A DNA stretch of 53,233 bases, the filler included, from Circinaria calcarea (lineage: Eukaryota), in the NCBI GenBank assembly GCA_051942165.1. It is 2 parts of 2 records of this genome, joined end to end, with 100 filler letters (N's around TTAATTAATTAA, not from the genome) between each part and the next. Parts side by side here need not be neighbours in the genome. Positions count along the whole stretch, not along the records: positions 1 to 26,645 come from JAVECS010000076.1; 1 more part is not named here. One strand, written 5' to 3'. The translations under genes were made by a program, and so were the position numbers. Shown here in pieces: positions 1-13,325 of this stretch (the first letter of the stretch is position 1; every line of letters starts with the position of its first letter). Below the pieces are notes generated by a model, which worked only from the letters and a program-made list of their open reading frames with translations, was not told the DNA's origin and ran no database searches.

Positions 1-2155
1 TTACTACTCTTGAACACATTCCAACTATCCCCATGCTCAAAGAACGTATCCATCTGCTCCAGCGAACGGCCAGCCGTTTCAGGATATATCAGAATTATAA
101 ATGGGATACAAAAAATGTTAAGCCCGAAGAATAGGAAAAGAGTTCCGTAACTAATAGCTTGGAATAAGAAAGGCGTGATCATGGTGACGATACCATTGCC
201 GATGGACCAGCCGACGACGGACCAGGCGCCCCCTTTAGCGCGGACATTGAGAGGAAAGATCTCAGTGGGATAGAGCCAGGGGGTAGTAAGCCAGGTGGCG
301 CCAAAAGTGGCGGTGTAGAGGAATGTAAAGGCGACAACCCCGGCGCCGTACTTCTTCTGACTAGGGCCAGGTATTTGAGCATACTTGTCGAGGAAACCGG
401 CAATGAGGAGGATTAAAGCCATGGCCGCCGCTCCCCAGACCATGGTTGCTAAAATGGGGTCAGCCAGGAGCCAATGGCACGGGGCCATAATGCGTTACTG
501 ACATCGACGACCATATCTGTCCAGGGTGAAAACGGCAAAGATAACCGAAAACATATAACTGATATTGTTAAAACCTGCGAGGAGCTTCGACAGTTCTTCT
601 TCAAAACCAGCATTCTTGAAGAGATCTACAGCGTAAACCTGTGAAAGTTAGCCAAAGACTGCTGATTCAGTGCACGCTAATCAGTATCTATGCACTCGCG
701 GTGAGCATGAAACGGTGGCTAGAACCAACCCCAGCGTCCCCCACCCCTGCAAAGAGTCCCCTATAACCTGTTTCTGGAAATGATACTCGAATACCTACCC
801 TGACAACGGCACTTTTCATGCTCACCCGAGTACTCAGAGGTCAACTTACAGTAATAACTCCAATACCCACCGCTTCTTGAAGTACTTGTAGCCAGACGGC
901 AAGTATAACCCGCCAGCGTAGTTGCCTCGAGTACTTATCCTTAGGGAATAGCATGGCGTAATAATGATTCGAAGTGGATGTCTCCAGCTCAAATTTGACT
1001 ATCTTTTTGATCCCATTCAACTCCGCTTCCACATCGCCATCGCGGGTTGCTTTAAGCACGTTGCGAGATTCCTCTTCTCGTCCAACTTTCATGAGCCAGC
1101 GCGGAGACTCGGGGAAGAAGTTGATGCCGATGCCGATGACTATTACGAAAACAATTTGTAGTGCCAAGGGGGTACGCCATGCCATTTCTTTATTGGGGTT
1201 GAAGAATGCAAAATACTCTATCCAGTATGCAAGTGCTAAACCCCCGATGTTCTGGTGTAAGAAATCAGTGCGAGATCTTTCGTTGGGTTCTCGTCCTATA
1301 GAAGACTTACCATGAAGAACTCGATGGCCAAAAATGCCCCTCTAGCCTGATGGCTACTGACTTCAGCGGACCAGACCGGAATGACCTACATATGCATTAG
1401 TACCCTAGTGGCTCTAGCAATGTTGAAAAAAAGGGCATACACAGTCGATGGCCCCCACCCCGACTCCGGCAATTACCCTGGCGCAGCACATCCAAGTAAT
1501 GTTGTATGAGGAGGCTTGCAAGACGGCACCAACGAATGCCCACATTGCGCCGAAAATAACAGCTTTGATTCGGCCGCATCGGTCGGCAAGTGAACCCGCA
1601 ACCAAAGCTCCGATAAGAGTACCTCCATAATAAACAGACACAATGCCCCCCAAAGCGGCTACATTGCGTGGATTACCTGTGTTTACGGTCAGCGGGATCT
1701 GAGGTAGCGGGGGGAGGCTGCGCGTACCATCAGTAGGAAAGATTCCCATCCGCTTCTGATAGTCGGGGTTGAGATTGACCAGCGACATCACACCTTGGTC
1801 ATAACCGTAGAACATGATAGCAACACCTAAAGTGTTGATCATTAGCTAGTTGGCCATAATCTCTTCATATATTGACGGACGTACCAGCAAAAAGGTTGAT
1901 AGCATAATACATCGTCTTTGGCTTCTTAAACTTCAACATCCTTTTCTGGCCGTAGCCTCCAAGGAACCACTTTTCGTACTTCCATGGCTCGGGATATTTC
2001 ACATTGCTGTAATCATCGTCTTGCTCTGCATCGCCTTCAACATGCTTAGAGTCCGTAAGCTTTTGCGAGATGCTTCCGGTCTTCGCCGGGATATCTGTCT
2101 CTAGGGACAGCGGTGACGGCGTCGAATGGACGACTTTACCGTGCCTAGGTGTCAT
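1..2155 (-). CDS. MFS sugar porter (STL1/hexose transporter-like), multi-exon, 3' end runs off the window start
   Basis: ATG at 2155. Spliced product has sugar-porter motifs FYGYDQGVM, DRCGR, PVWSAEVS..ARG, PESPRWL, DRYGRR, WLYPTEIFPL.VRAKG and YPETAGRSLEQMD. GT-AG introns (e.g. 1884-1827, 1727-1677, 849-639) restore the frame. Confidence 0.93.
639..849 (-). other. 211-nt spliceosomal intron with a long internal inverted repeat and a G-quadruplex motif
   Basis: GTAAGT donor at 849 and GCTAAC...CACAG acceptor at 639; removal joins GIGVIT|VYAVDLF in frame. Complementary arms at 692-712 and 814-833. Four G runs on the transcript strand at 729-761. Confidence 0.85.
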
Positions 2156-3191
2156 GTTGTGTTTCTTTTATGTATAGACAATAGCTACTAGATCACTTCA
2201 AAAGAGGAACCGAGCATGGGTGATCCCAAAGAAGGAGGATAAATCGAGATAGAGTTGGACAAACGAAATATAGGTAGTAGGAGAGATCCTGACGATTCAG
2301 TCCATTCAAGTGATACTGTGAGGAAGATAGAAATATAGGCCAGTAAATAGTATTCCCTACGGGTGCTTGATAATGTTCTGGTTACCGCCTCACTCCGAAA
2401 GCATGGGAGGCTTGCCTTCTTAATGTCTGGGACTTTCTAAATCTCGTCGCCGCAAAGACTTGCTAACCAATGCCATATCGTATACTAGGTGGCCCTCAAC
2501 GACTATCAACCCCCCACTCACTCGTCATTCGACATTGAAGAGAACCAATGCGATGTAGACTATATAAACGATTCGACCGCTTGTAAATCCAGTAGACTTT
2601 GGGTTTTGGTGAGCTTTCGAGGATGTCCACATCCTTTGTTATCAAATCGACATCCGTATGCACCCGAAATCTGGAGAATGGAAAAAAACGGGCGGCTAAT
2701 GAGGATCCCAAACTCTCGTTCCTTTCGATTGGACCGCCTTGAAGAGGATCCAACTAATGCCGCTGTTGTGGCTAGCATTATCAGCGGACACTAGCTTAGG
2801 TTATGTGATCAAGCATAGGCTATGTTGTATCTGATAGCACAAGCATGATGCATTCCGAGAGTCTGAGTGTGGGGGGGTCGCAACGAAATAGAAGCGCGAG
2901 AATAAGATGACCTTCATGTGGATGACTTAAAGTTGCACCATTGCAAACCAGATGATTAGTCTGTGCTGTGCTTAGTCGGCAGTAATTCTGATCATAACAT
3001 ACAGATTGTCATGTGGATCCAATATCGTCAAGTTTGGCAGACTGCCATCATATTGATATAGCATTCATGACTTTTGAGGCGAATTAGAACGCCAATCCCA
3101 GGGGTATCTGTAATGGAGCTGATGCGCCATCGCTTATGCTGTAAATTAATGAAATGCATTACCTGATGCCCATTTCTTTATGGCCCGAGCG

Positions 3192-4298
3192 TCAGAAAGC
3201 AAGCCAATCCTGGAAGTAGGTACAGCTCCTCGCATTGACAGGGCCGCCCTCCTCACAAAGATCAAAAACAGGGCAACGGCCACAAGGCGACTCAGTAAGT
3301 CCGTTCTCAAGGTCCGTGTCGTCCTCTCTACCAGCGGGGAGAACAGTCTTGTAGCCCCTGCCATTCATTACCTTCATGACCCGCCCGTCCCAGCATAAAA
3401 TATCCATCACCTGCCGCATCTCTGCCTCCTTCAAGGACACCGGAGTTATCTTCGACTCATTGGCAGCTTTCGTGATTTCAGGGACGGTGGGGTACCCAGT
3501 GTAGCCGGGGGGCAAAGGCAAAGCTACCCTCCTGCTTCTCTGTTTGGTAGGCTCTTCCACCTGGAACTCCTGCGCTTTCAAATCCTCCGCCTGCGCCGCA
3601 GTCATGTTAGGCCTGTCCTTCTTTCTTGCCGCTTTGGCCATCGAGTGGCTCCAGCTCCTGCCAGCGACGTACTTCTCCGACCAAACGGCAAGTTGATGTA
3701 CAAATTCATCATCCAACTTCCCCTCTGTGTAGAAAGGGCCGCCTGAAATATCTTCTGACGGCTGTAGGTGAGCGAGGATGTAAACTTTCCTGCCAGGAAA
3801 CTTTGCACTAAAGACGCCTTTGACAAGATTTTGAGACTCGAGTGTCTTGAGACAGCGGTTGAAAACGGAGGTATGAAGATTGGTACGCGCGCGGATGGCA
3901 AGGGTCCATAAGCCGTCACGGCCAGCAGACTCAATATAGGAAAATACCAGTGCCTCCTCTTGAGTAAGTTTCTTGTACCTATGACCCACAGCGTGTCAGC
4001 CAAGGTACTTTGCAACTGGCTGAACATCGATCAATTACCGCGCTGCATCTTCCTTTTTGACTAGCTTCCAGCAAGGCCTTCCATCCTTCATCATAACCTT
4101 GAACAAGCCATTGGTGGTAAGCCGCTGCGTGCAAGCAAGCAGCTGATTAAGGTCATTGTTGGGAATAATGTTTAAAGAGAGCAGCTGTTGCTGGCTAAAC
4201 ACCTTGTTCTCGGGTTGGCTTGCACAAGAAGCATATAATGCATTGGAAAGCTCCTGGGGGGTCTGCCCATTTTTCGCGGTACTCATCGTAGCGGCCAT
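3192..4298 (-). CDS. RPC34: RNA polymerase III subunit C34/RPC6
   Basis: Two exons (intron 4038-3979). Winged-helix region with GLW..IRARTNLH...CLKTLE and PSEDISGGPFYTEG.LD.EFV. C-terminal CxxC-x5-C-x10-C...WL motif. Confidence 0.93.
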
Positions 4299-4535
4299 CT
4301 CCAGATACGCTGTGTAGCTTCTCGGTAGACCACGATCATAGTATCATATGACTCCAAACTTATTTTCAAACGCTGACAACCCGCGGTACCGATCAAAAAT
4401 GTCAATGTATTTTATCTGAGGTTGCGGAATCTAATCGTGTATTGATAAGCGCCGGCTTTCTTCCGTTAACCGAAGGAGCAAGGGTAGGGCCGGGGTGAGC
4501 CCTATCGTAGCCGTGGTGCTTGTGTAGCAAACGGC

Positions 4536-4555
4536 TTTCCATCGATTTCTAGAAT
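4536..4555. promoter_or_regulatory. Putative gap-type heat shock element in the RPC34/STI1 divergent promoter
   Basis: TTC(4537), a 5-bp gap unit, then TTC(4547)taGAA(4552), about 110 bp upstream of the STI1 ATG. STI1 is a known Hsf1 target in fungi. Confidence 0.6.
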
Positions 4556-4665
4556 CCGGTGGCCAGTACGAAGGTGGAGACAAATCCCACTTCCACCACC
4601 ACAGTTACGGATCTCACAACTGTCCCATATTGCTGTTCTCCAATCGTTCATCTATTGACTTCAAG

Positions 4666-6641
4666 ATGGCTGAGGCGTTGAAGGCGGAAGGTAACAAGGC
4701 GTTCGCCGCAAAGAACTTCGACGAAGCAGTGTAGGTCAATTTGCCTTAAGACTGCTTTTCATATCTGATCTTCATAGTGAGAAGTTCTCGCAAGCCATTG
4801 AGCTCGAACCTACAAATCATGTCTTGTACTCTAATCGATCAGGAGCCTACGCTTCTCTCAAGAACTTTGACAAGGCTTTGGAGGATGCCAATAAAACAAC
4901 TGAGCTAAAACCGGACTGGGCCAAGGGCTGGGGACGCAAAGGAGCTGCACTTCATGGCACTGGTGACTTAGGTTTGTAATGCCGCAGGCTATACCAGTAA
5001 GGCAGTACTGACAAGGCCTGGATAGTTGGTGCGAACGATGCATTCGAGGAGGCCCTAAAACTAGATCCTACCAATGCACAAGCGAAGTCCGGACTCGCAG
5101 CGGTCCAACGGGCCATAGACGCAGAGGCAAAAGAGGATGGCTTCGGTGGTGATCCCAGTGGTGGACTAGGCAATCTTTTCAATGACCCTCAACTGATTCA
5201 AAAGCTTGCAAGCAATCCCAAGACCATGCCACTACTTGCCGATCCATCATTCATGGCCAAGTTACAACGTCTCAAGCAGAATCCCAATAACATTGGCGAA
5301 GAGATGAGAGATCCAAGATTCCTGCAGGTCATGAGCGTGCTTCTCGGTATTGACATGTCATTTGGAGCACCAGGGGAAGGTGCAGCTGAGGGATTTGCCA
5401 CTGAGAGGTCTAGAGAGAAAGAGGATGATACCGAGATGCCAGACCTTCAATCTTCATCCGTGAAGCAGGATGAGAAGCAGAAGGCTCCGGAGCCAAAGCC
5501 AGAACCTGAACCGGAGGACGAGGAAGCCGCTGCTGCGAAGAAAGCCAAGGAAGAAGCTGAGGCTGAGAAAAAGCTGGGGACGGAGAATTATAAGAAACGC
5601 CAATTTGACAGCGCAATCGAGCACTACAGCAAGGCCTGGGAATTACACAAAGACATTACGTATTTGACGAATATTAGTGCGGCACAGTTCGAAAAAGGCG
5701 ATTACCAAGCTGCAATTGATACTTGTAAGAAGGCAATTGACGAGGGACGAGAAGTCATGACGGATTTTAAGATCATCGCCAAGTACGCCATTCAGTTCTT
5801 GTTCGTCATCTCTTAAATGCTAATACTATACAGAGCCTTCGGTCGTATCGGTACTTGTTATGAGAAGCTCGGAGATCTTCCGCAAGCAATCGCAAACTAT
5901 CAGAAGGCGCTTACTGAGCATCGTACACCTGACATCCTCAACAAGCTACGCGCAGCCGAGAAAGCTCATATCAAGAAAGAGAAAGAAGCATACATCAACC
6001 CAGAAGAAGCAGATAAAGCTCGGGAACTCGGAAATCAAAAATTCAAGCAAGCTGACTGGCCTGGCGCGGTGGAAGCCTACACCGAGATGGTAAAACGTGC
6101 TCCGGATGATCCACGAGGATACTCTAATCGTGCCGCTGCTCTGATTAAGTTGATGACTTTCCCCGGGGCTGTCGCGGATTGTGACGAAGCAATTAAACGA
6201 GATCCAAAATTCATCCGGGCCTATTTGAGAAAAGCACAAGCATATTTCGCCATGAAGGAGTACAATAAATGCATTGACGTGTGTACAGAAGCCATGGAGC
6301 ATGACGAGGGTGGAGCGAACTACCGTGAAATCGAACAACAGCAGCAAAAGGCTCTACAGGCGCAATTCGCAGGGCGAGAAGGGGAGACGGAAGAGCAGAC
6401 TATGGAGAGAATTCAAAAGGATCCAGAGGTCAGCAATTATGTCCTGGGCTTAGATACACTGATTTAGCGGATGTACTGACTTGTTTTGTAGATCATGGCC
6501 ATCTTACAGGACCCTATCATGCAGAGCATCCTGCAGCAAGCGAAGGGTGATCCAGCTGCTTTACAGGAACACATGAAGAATGCAAGTATTCGCGCCAAGG
6601 TGCAGAAGTTGGTTCACGCGGGTGTCATACGCACTCGTTGA
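4666..6641 (+). CDS. STI1: Hsp70/Hsp90 organising co-chaperone Sti1/HOP (TPR1-DP1-TPR2A-TPR2B-DP2)
   Basis: Starts [16 protein letters not shown] motifs ([45 protein letters not shown]), DP repeats, and C-terminus [11 protein letters not shown]...[11 protein letters not shown]. Four short GT-AG introns. Confidence 0.96.
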
Positions 6642-8489
6642 GCTTTCTTTGCCACGTGAGGCGTGTCCTGGAGGTGACTTTTGCAACATGCACGATTGTA
6701 CCACCATTGAGCATTTTAGCGAACATCTGATATTTTCATCATGGTTGTTCTTCGGATTAGGATGCAATATCAGGTCAACTACATGCCACTGTGCTATAGC
6801 TTTGAACTTTGCTTGCTGATTGAAGCAATCGAAAAGAGTTTCGGCATGGAGAAGCCCATTCCATCGCATTCCCTTGCTGCCCGTACGGAACTATCCTGCC
6901 GGAGATACATCAGATGACAAACTCAGATATATGAAGAGCTGGAAGGCAGCTCAATGGTTATCAAATGGGAAACTTTCGCAAACCGAGATTATCCTACCAT
7001 TTTCCGTTATTAAGTGTATGACACAATTGGCTCAGCCCTCAGTGTATTCCCTAACTCGTGGCTCCTCTACTGTTCTCGCTTTCGTCTCTTTCAGTCCACT
7101 TCTAGCAGGGCGGCGTTGTACACCAGCCCTTGATGCACTCCATAGTGAGCAAAGCATAGTCGTCAGGATATACTCTCTCAACAGCCTTCATACGACTTCC
7201 TTATCCAGCAACCCTATCTACCTAGGATTTTCAAGTGGTCCGGCTTATAGCAGAGTAATCGAGACGGGGCATGGTGATTCTTTCCAACTCCCTAAACCCT
7301 GCTGATGGGTGCACTGCATGCCCAGCTGTAGGAAAGCCCACCCACGATAATTTTGTAGGCTTGGTTCGGTAGTATCTTTCACCACTGCATACTCTTGAGG
7401 CCTAGACTATAGCCATTGAAGGGAGGCACAGGCAGAGAGAGAGCTGAGCAGATTCTCACGAACAAAACCTTCGTGGTCAGGAGGCCTACTTGAAGGCATA
7501 TCCTTAATCGAAGGGCGGTGAACGTTTCGTGGTAGGATGTGTTGAAACCTGAGCTTTCTGCTCGAGAGAGGGCCCTCAACGGTACTATGCTCCGCAACTT
7601 TCCTACAAGGAGTCAAAAGTGTGTGTTTGAAACAAAACTCCTCAGAGAATAATTCCCCAACGGCGAGGGTCGCTTCTCGCAGCCGGCATTATCAACTCTT
7701 ATGCTGACAGAGGCATAGATGTCGGCCGTCAGAACACCCAGCCTATCTACATGTGTTCCGAAGGGTTTGTGGGTACGGGATCGATCTACCTATGCAGGTC
7801 TATTGCTCAATCCGAGGGTTAAGTGAATTAGGGTATGCAGTAAATAGAGCGCTATTTATTCTGACCAGATTTCACATGGGAGTCTTTGACCTTATAGCAA
7901 TAATGGTAGGGGTAGAGTTCAATATTAATGTGTAGTACGCCCATAGCTGCCCGTCGAATCATCGACTGCTACACGGTTCAGTGGGTTTTTATGTATTCCC
8001 CATGCAGTTTCAGCAACGAAAACTGGCGGCAGGCGGGCGGCCTCGGTTCACCCACAAGACCCCCTACTTTAGCTGAGGTTCGGACTTGCCAAAGGGGACC
8101 CTTGTTTCTCAATCTGGCTTGGCGTCGACTTGTGATTGGCGAACCCGGATTCACGACGCCCCGACATGGATCTGCAGCAGTAGCCTCTAAGGTATTGGAG
8201 CAACTTTGCAGTTCATACATGCACTACAGTGCCCCGTCGATAACGAGCTCTACCGTACTTTATGTCCTCTTCTTCTCCGCACACACCTGTAGCTTCCGTT
8301 TAGCAACTTCTCTGCAAATCTCCACTTTTGACGAGCCTCATACTCTCTTCAGGGCGGTCTACTGGCTGCTGATAGGCGTTTGATATTCCCGTTGGCGGGA
8401 ACCGTCGACTCAATTGCGATGAATACAGTTCCCTCAGCTTGATTCCTACGCTAACAACCGGCTCACAACCTGTATACAATACGGCAGCC

Positions 8490-11400
8490 ATGTTGTCACA
8501 CCTCTCATCGCACGCTGGCGAGCTCAAGTCTCAAGGTGCTATCGAAGCCGCTGCAGACCCCAATAGCAATGTGTCTGGAGAGGCCGCGCAGAGGGTCATG
8601 GTCGATGAGAGCAAGAAAGCCGGGAGTGCAGCTTTCCGGTTCAATCCAGATGCCTCTCCAGAAGAGAAAGCTGCTCTGGTTGCTGCCGTAAGCAAGCTCT
8701 ACCCACCCAGTACATTATCACGATGCTGACTATCTACTGGCAGAGTGTTCCTCCTGGATTTCATCACCATCATAAGCCCAAAGCAGTTGGTATTGTGACT
8801 GATATGGTAGGTTACCATTTGTATGACACTTGAATACTCTACTCACTCCTAATGCTTAGGATGATGGCTCCGCCGAACTGGACGACCTTCCTCGGCCAAG
8901 CAAGGACACTGTGGGCTCCTCACCAAACTCTTTAACCGCTGAGGGCTCTATATCAAAAGCAAATGGCCACATGCGGCAGGATGGGAATGAAATATGGGAG
9001 AAGGAACGGTGGGAGAAGGAGGTTGGCTGGGCTCCCCGTTTTGGAGAGGGATCTATTACCGAAGAAGAGGCCAACGAAAGCCTTTTGGACCATACGACAT
9101 TTCTCGAGACTAAACTAGATGACAAATTCTTTGGAGGTATCTGAGTATCTCACCAACTTCTGGAATTATAGAAGCGCTAATATTGCGCAAGACTGGTATC
9201 ACAACACTGCGGTCATCGTCGTCGCCTGCATCTCATCTTGGGTTGTTGCGCTACTGGGAGGTGGGCTTGGCTGGCTTTTCATAGTGATGGCTTGCTGTGG
9301 AACATATTATCGGACTTCCATTCGCCGGGTGCGCCGCAACTTTCGTGACGACATCCTTCGCGAACAGGCCAAAGCTCGTTTGGAAACGGACACAGAGAGC
9401 CTGGAATGGATCAACAGCTTTCTTGTCAAATTCTGGCCAATCTACGCTCCAAATCTGTGCAAAGCTATAATTCTTTCTGTCGATCAGGTACTGAGTACCT
9501 CTACCCCGGCGTTCTTGGATAGCTTACGACTGAGTACCTTTCAACTTGGCACCAAACCTCCGCGCCTGGATCATGTCAAGACCTATCCTAGGATCGAAGA
9601 TGAGATAGTATTGATGGATTGGAAATTCAGTTTCACCCCAAACGACATCATGGATCTTACTGCGCGCCAGTTGAAGAATAAGATAAACCCTAAGGTAGTA
9701 CTGGATATCAGGATTGGCAAAGGGGTCATCAGCAAAAGCCTTCCTGTGATTGTAGAAGATTTCGCGTTTTCCGGCTTAATGAGGGTTAAAGTCAAGCTTC
9801 AACTTCCCTTTCCGCATGTAGAAAAAGTCGAGATCTGTTTTCTGGGGAAACCAGAGATTGACTATGTCTGCAAGCCAATAGGTGGGGATACCCTCGGATT
9901 TGACATCAACTTTATTCCAGGCCTCGAGTCATTCATCAAGGATCAAATCCATGGAAACTTGGCTCCGATCATGTACGAACCGAATGTTTTCCCAATTGAG
10001 ATAGCTAAGATGCTTGCTGGCAATCCCATCGACGAAGCCATCGGTGTCATTGCAGTCACTATACACGGTGCCCAAGGATTGAAGAATCCGGACAAACTTG
10101 CCGGGTCTCCTGACCCATATGCAATAGTATCCTTAAATGGTGGAGAGGCACTCGGTAGGACGAAGATGCTGAAAGAAAACGTAAATCCTCGTTGGAACGA
10201 GACAGTGTATGTCATTATCACTTCTCTAACAGATACGTTAACGGTCAAGGTATTCGACTACAACGAAATCAGAAAGGACAAAGAGCTTGGAATGGCTTCC
10301 TTTGCCCTGGACCGGTTGGAAGATATAAGCGAGCATGAAAATCTGCAGATGGAGTTAATGGCTAATGGAAAACCACGCGGTATCCTCCAGGCCGACGTTC
10401 GTTGCTTCCCAGTTTTGCATGGGATGAAGCTCGAGGATGGCACCGAAGAGCCACCACCGGAGTCAAACACGGGTATCGCGAGATTCACCGTAGAACAAGC
10501 CAAGGATCTGGATGGCAGCAAAAGTCTGATAGGACAACTGAATCCGTATGCCGTCCTCTTACTCAACGGAAAGGAGATTCACATTACGGAAAAGTTGAAA
10601 AGGACCAATCAGCCAGTCTGGGAACGTGGCTCGAAAGAATTTCTCATAACGGACCGCAAGGCAGCTAGACTAGGAGTAAAGATCAAGGATGATCGAGATA
10701 TCGCAGCCGATCCCACTTTAGGAACTCTAGAGAATATGAAGCTAGACGACATGATGCAACAAATGGAGAAAGGCAAGGAATGGTATAACCTTTCGGGTGC
10801 AAATACTGGTCGCGTCAAGCTCATGCTACAATGGAAACCTGTGGGGTTGAAGGGTTTAATGGGAGGCTCTGGCGGGTACATTACTCCTATCGGTGTCATG
10901 CGACTACATCTTCAGAATGCACGTGATTTGCGGAATGTGGAAACTATGGGCAAGTCGGACCCATATCTTCGAGTACTACTTTCAGGAATCGAAAAGGGAA
11001 AGACGGTCACGTTTCAGAATAACCTCAATCCCGATTGGGACGAAGTCATATATGTACCGATGCATTCAACTCGGGAGCATCTTATCCTAGAGGTGATGGA
11101 CTACCAGAGCATTGGGAAGGACCGCTCCTTAGGCTTGGTTGGAGTCTCAGCAGCGGATTACATCCATGAAACTGCCAACGGTGAGTATGAGATTCATGAT
11201 CAGAAAAGACCCATGTCGGAGCCTCTACGTATGAATGGTAAAGGAAACCCGAAAGGCACACTTAACTTCACTGTGGCATTTTATCCGACACTCAATGTTG
11301 CAGATCCCGAAGATGACGAAGAAGACAAAGCTGCGGTACCAACTATGAACGGTTCACACTCCCGAACTGGGTCGAAGAGTAGCTTGGCTGAGGGTCCGAG

Positions 11401-13325
11401 TATGAGTATGGAGAAAGATGGTGTTGACGCTACAAACCAAAAAGTGAACAATGCCGGCAAAATTGACACAAACCTTGCCAGACAACCATCAATGGCCGAA
11501 CAAGAGCAAGCCGGTGTGGCAGCAGAATCAAAAGCTGTAGAAAAATTACGCCTGACACCAGAAGAGCTCTTTAAGCATGGTAATTACCCACCTCCATTCT
11601 GAAGGGTACAGGCCTCTGGTAACTTTACTGATTGTTGCCCTCGATAGAATCTGGACTCTTGATCTTCAGGCTCATTAGCGGAGACCTGGCTCATACAAAT
11701 GTGCATCTCGAGGTACTAATGGACGATATGGCTTTTCCATCCTACGTTTCCTCTCGAGCTCGATCAAAGCACACCGAGTTTGGAGAAAGTAAGTATATTT
11801 AAATGTGGACTTAGCCCAAGATCTTTATTAATGATGTTATCAGCCGGTGATGCGTTTGTCAGAGAACTCGATGTATCGAGAATCACTTTACGCCTAATGG
11901 AAAAACAGGATAAAAAGGGTGGCGATGAAGCCGAGGAACACACCATTGCTAAAGTTGAAGGCGACACACTGTCAACTCTTCAAAGATGTCTGGTAGGTAC
12001 TAATGCAGCTATTACATGAGACCTTAGCTAATGCTCTGCAGCATCAACCAACTGAACTAGTTCTCAAAGGGCCGGACAACGATGTAAGCAAGATCAGGGT
12101 TAGTATGAAGTATATTCCTGTCAAGATGCAGCTGGATCCAAGCGAGAGCATGAATAACCAGGGAACACTTCGTGTTGACATACTCGATGCTGCTGAACTT
12201 CCTGCTGCGGATCGAAACGGCTATAGCGATCCCTTTTGCAAGTTCGAACTAAACGGCAAGACCGTCTATAAAACAAAGGTTCAGAAGAAGACTCTTCATC
12301 CGGCATGGAACGAATACTTTGAATGTCCTATACAATCACGGACGGCAGCAAGTTTCAAGGTCAAAGTCATGGATTGGGACTTTGGGGACAAAGCGGACTT
12401 CCTTGGCGGAGCTGACATCAACCTTGAGCTCCTAGAGCCCATGCAGAGTCAGGAAGTCACCCTTGGGCTAGATGGTAAGTCCGGCGCGCTACGACTAAGA
12501 CTTTTATTTAAATCAAGCTATGTCACGAGGTCGCGCCAGGGCTCTTCGACCTTCTCGGGCACCTTTGCAGCGCCTGGAAAAGTCATCGGTGCTCCAGTAA
12601 AAGGGGTGGGTAAGGTTGGTGGTGCAGTGGGTGGCGGTGTCATGAAGGGCGCATCGTTTCTGCGTCATGGCTTTAAGGGTAAGAATGATAGCCGAGATAT
12701 CAGCAACGGGTCCGTCGAGCCGTTTGAGAAAGACGAATTTACGAACGGGAGCTCTCTACCGATATCAAAAGATGAAGTTGCTATCGGTGGTGCCTCCCCA
12801 CCTCCTTTTGTATCTACGCCATATAGCCGCTCTGCAAGCTTCGGTAACAAGTCCGTCAATGCTGATGCTCTAGCCCCAGGAAAGGCTGAAGCTGGTACTG
12901 CAACGTTTGGCATTCTTTCCGCGTCTGGCTATCCTCCCCACGCCAAGCTGCAAATTCATGTCAAGCAAGTGACGTCACGAGGCGCCAAAGACGTCCATAA
13001 AACCAAAGGTATCAAAGCTGCCTCGGGTCAAGTTCACTGGGAGCATGAGACGTTCAAAATCACCTGTGCGCCTGACACGCAATTCCTGATCCAGGTCAAG
13101 GATGACAAGGTCTTCGGCAGCGACGAGCTGGGTGAGGCACCTTTCTTCATTGACGACTCGGCCACGGGCAGCGAGAAAACGGTTCAGGCGGGCAGCGGAA
13201 CTGTGACGCTCAAGTCAAGCTTTATACAGGCGGATGCGGGGAGTATGATGGGGAGCCCCAAGACTGGCAACCGACGGAGTCTTCTGAGCAAGAGGGACGG
13301 CAGCAGGAACGTGACACCAAGCTGA
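8490..13325 (+). CDS. Tricalbin (Tcb1-3/extended synaptotagmin family ER-plasma membrane tether)
   Basis: Membrane hairpin (DWYHN.AVIVVAC.SSW...GGG.GWL), SMP domain (ESLEWINSFLVKFW...), several C2 domains (GKSDPY, GYSDPFCKF..KKTLHPAWNE). Multi-exon. Confidence 0.94.

Noticed and set aside
793..849. Internal CAG-G-GTAGGT in the structured intron suggesting a nested (stwintron) arrangement
   Set aside because: No good branch site for the inner intron, and two-step splicing would leave an extra base and a frameshift
2489..2794. Overlapping short ORFs upstream of the sugar transporter
   Set aside because: No motifs; the region is promoter and terminator space between two minus-strand genes
6642..8489. 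ORFs 6820-7305 and 7928-8383, and a possible ncRNA in the STI1-tricalbin intergenic region
   Set aside because: No protein motifs, no splice support and no recognisable snRNA, RNase P/MRP or tRNA signatures
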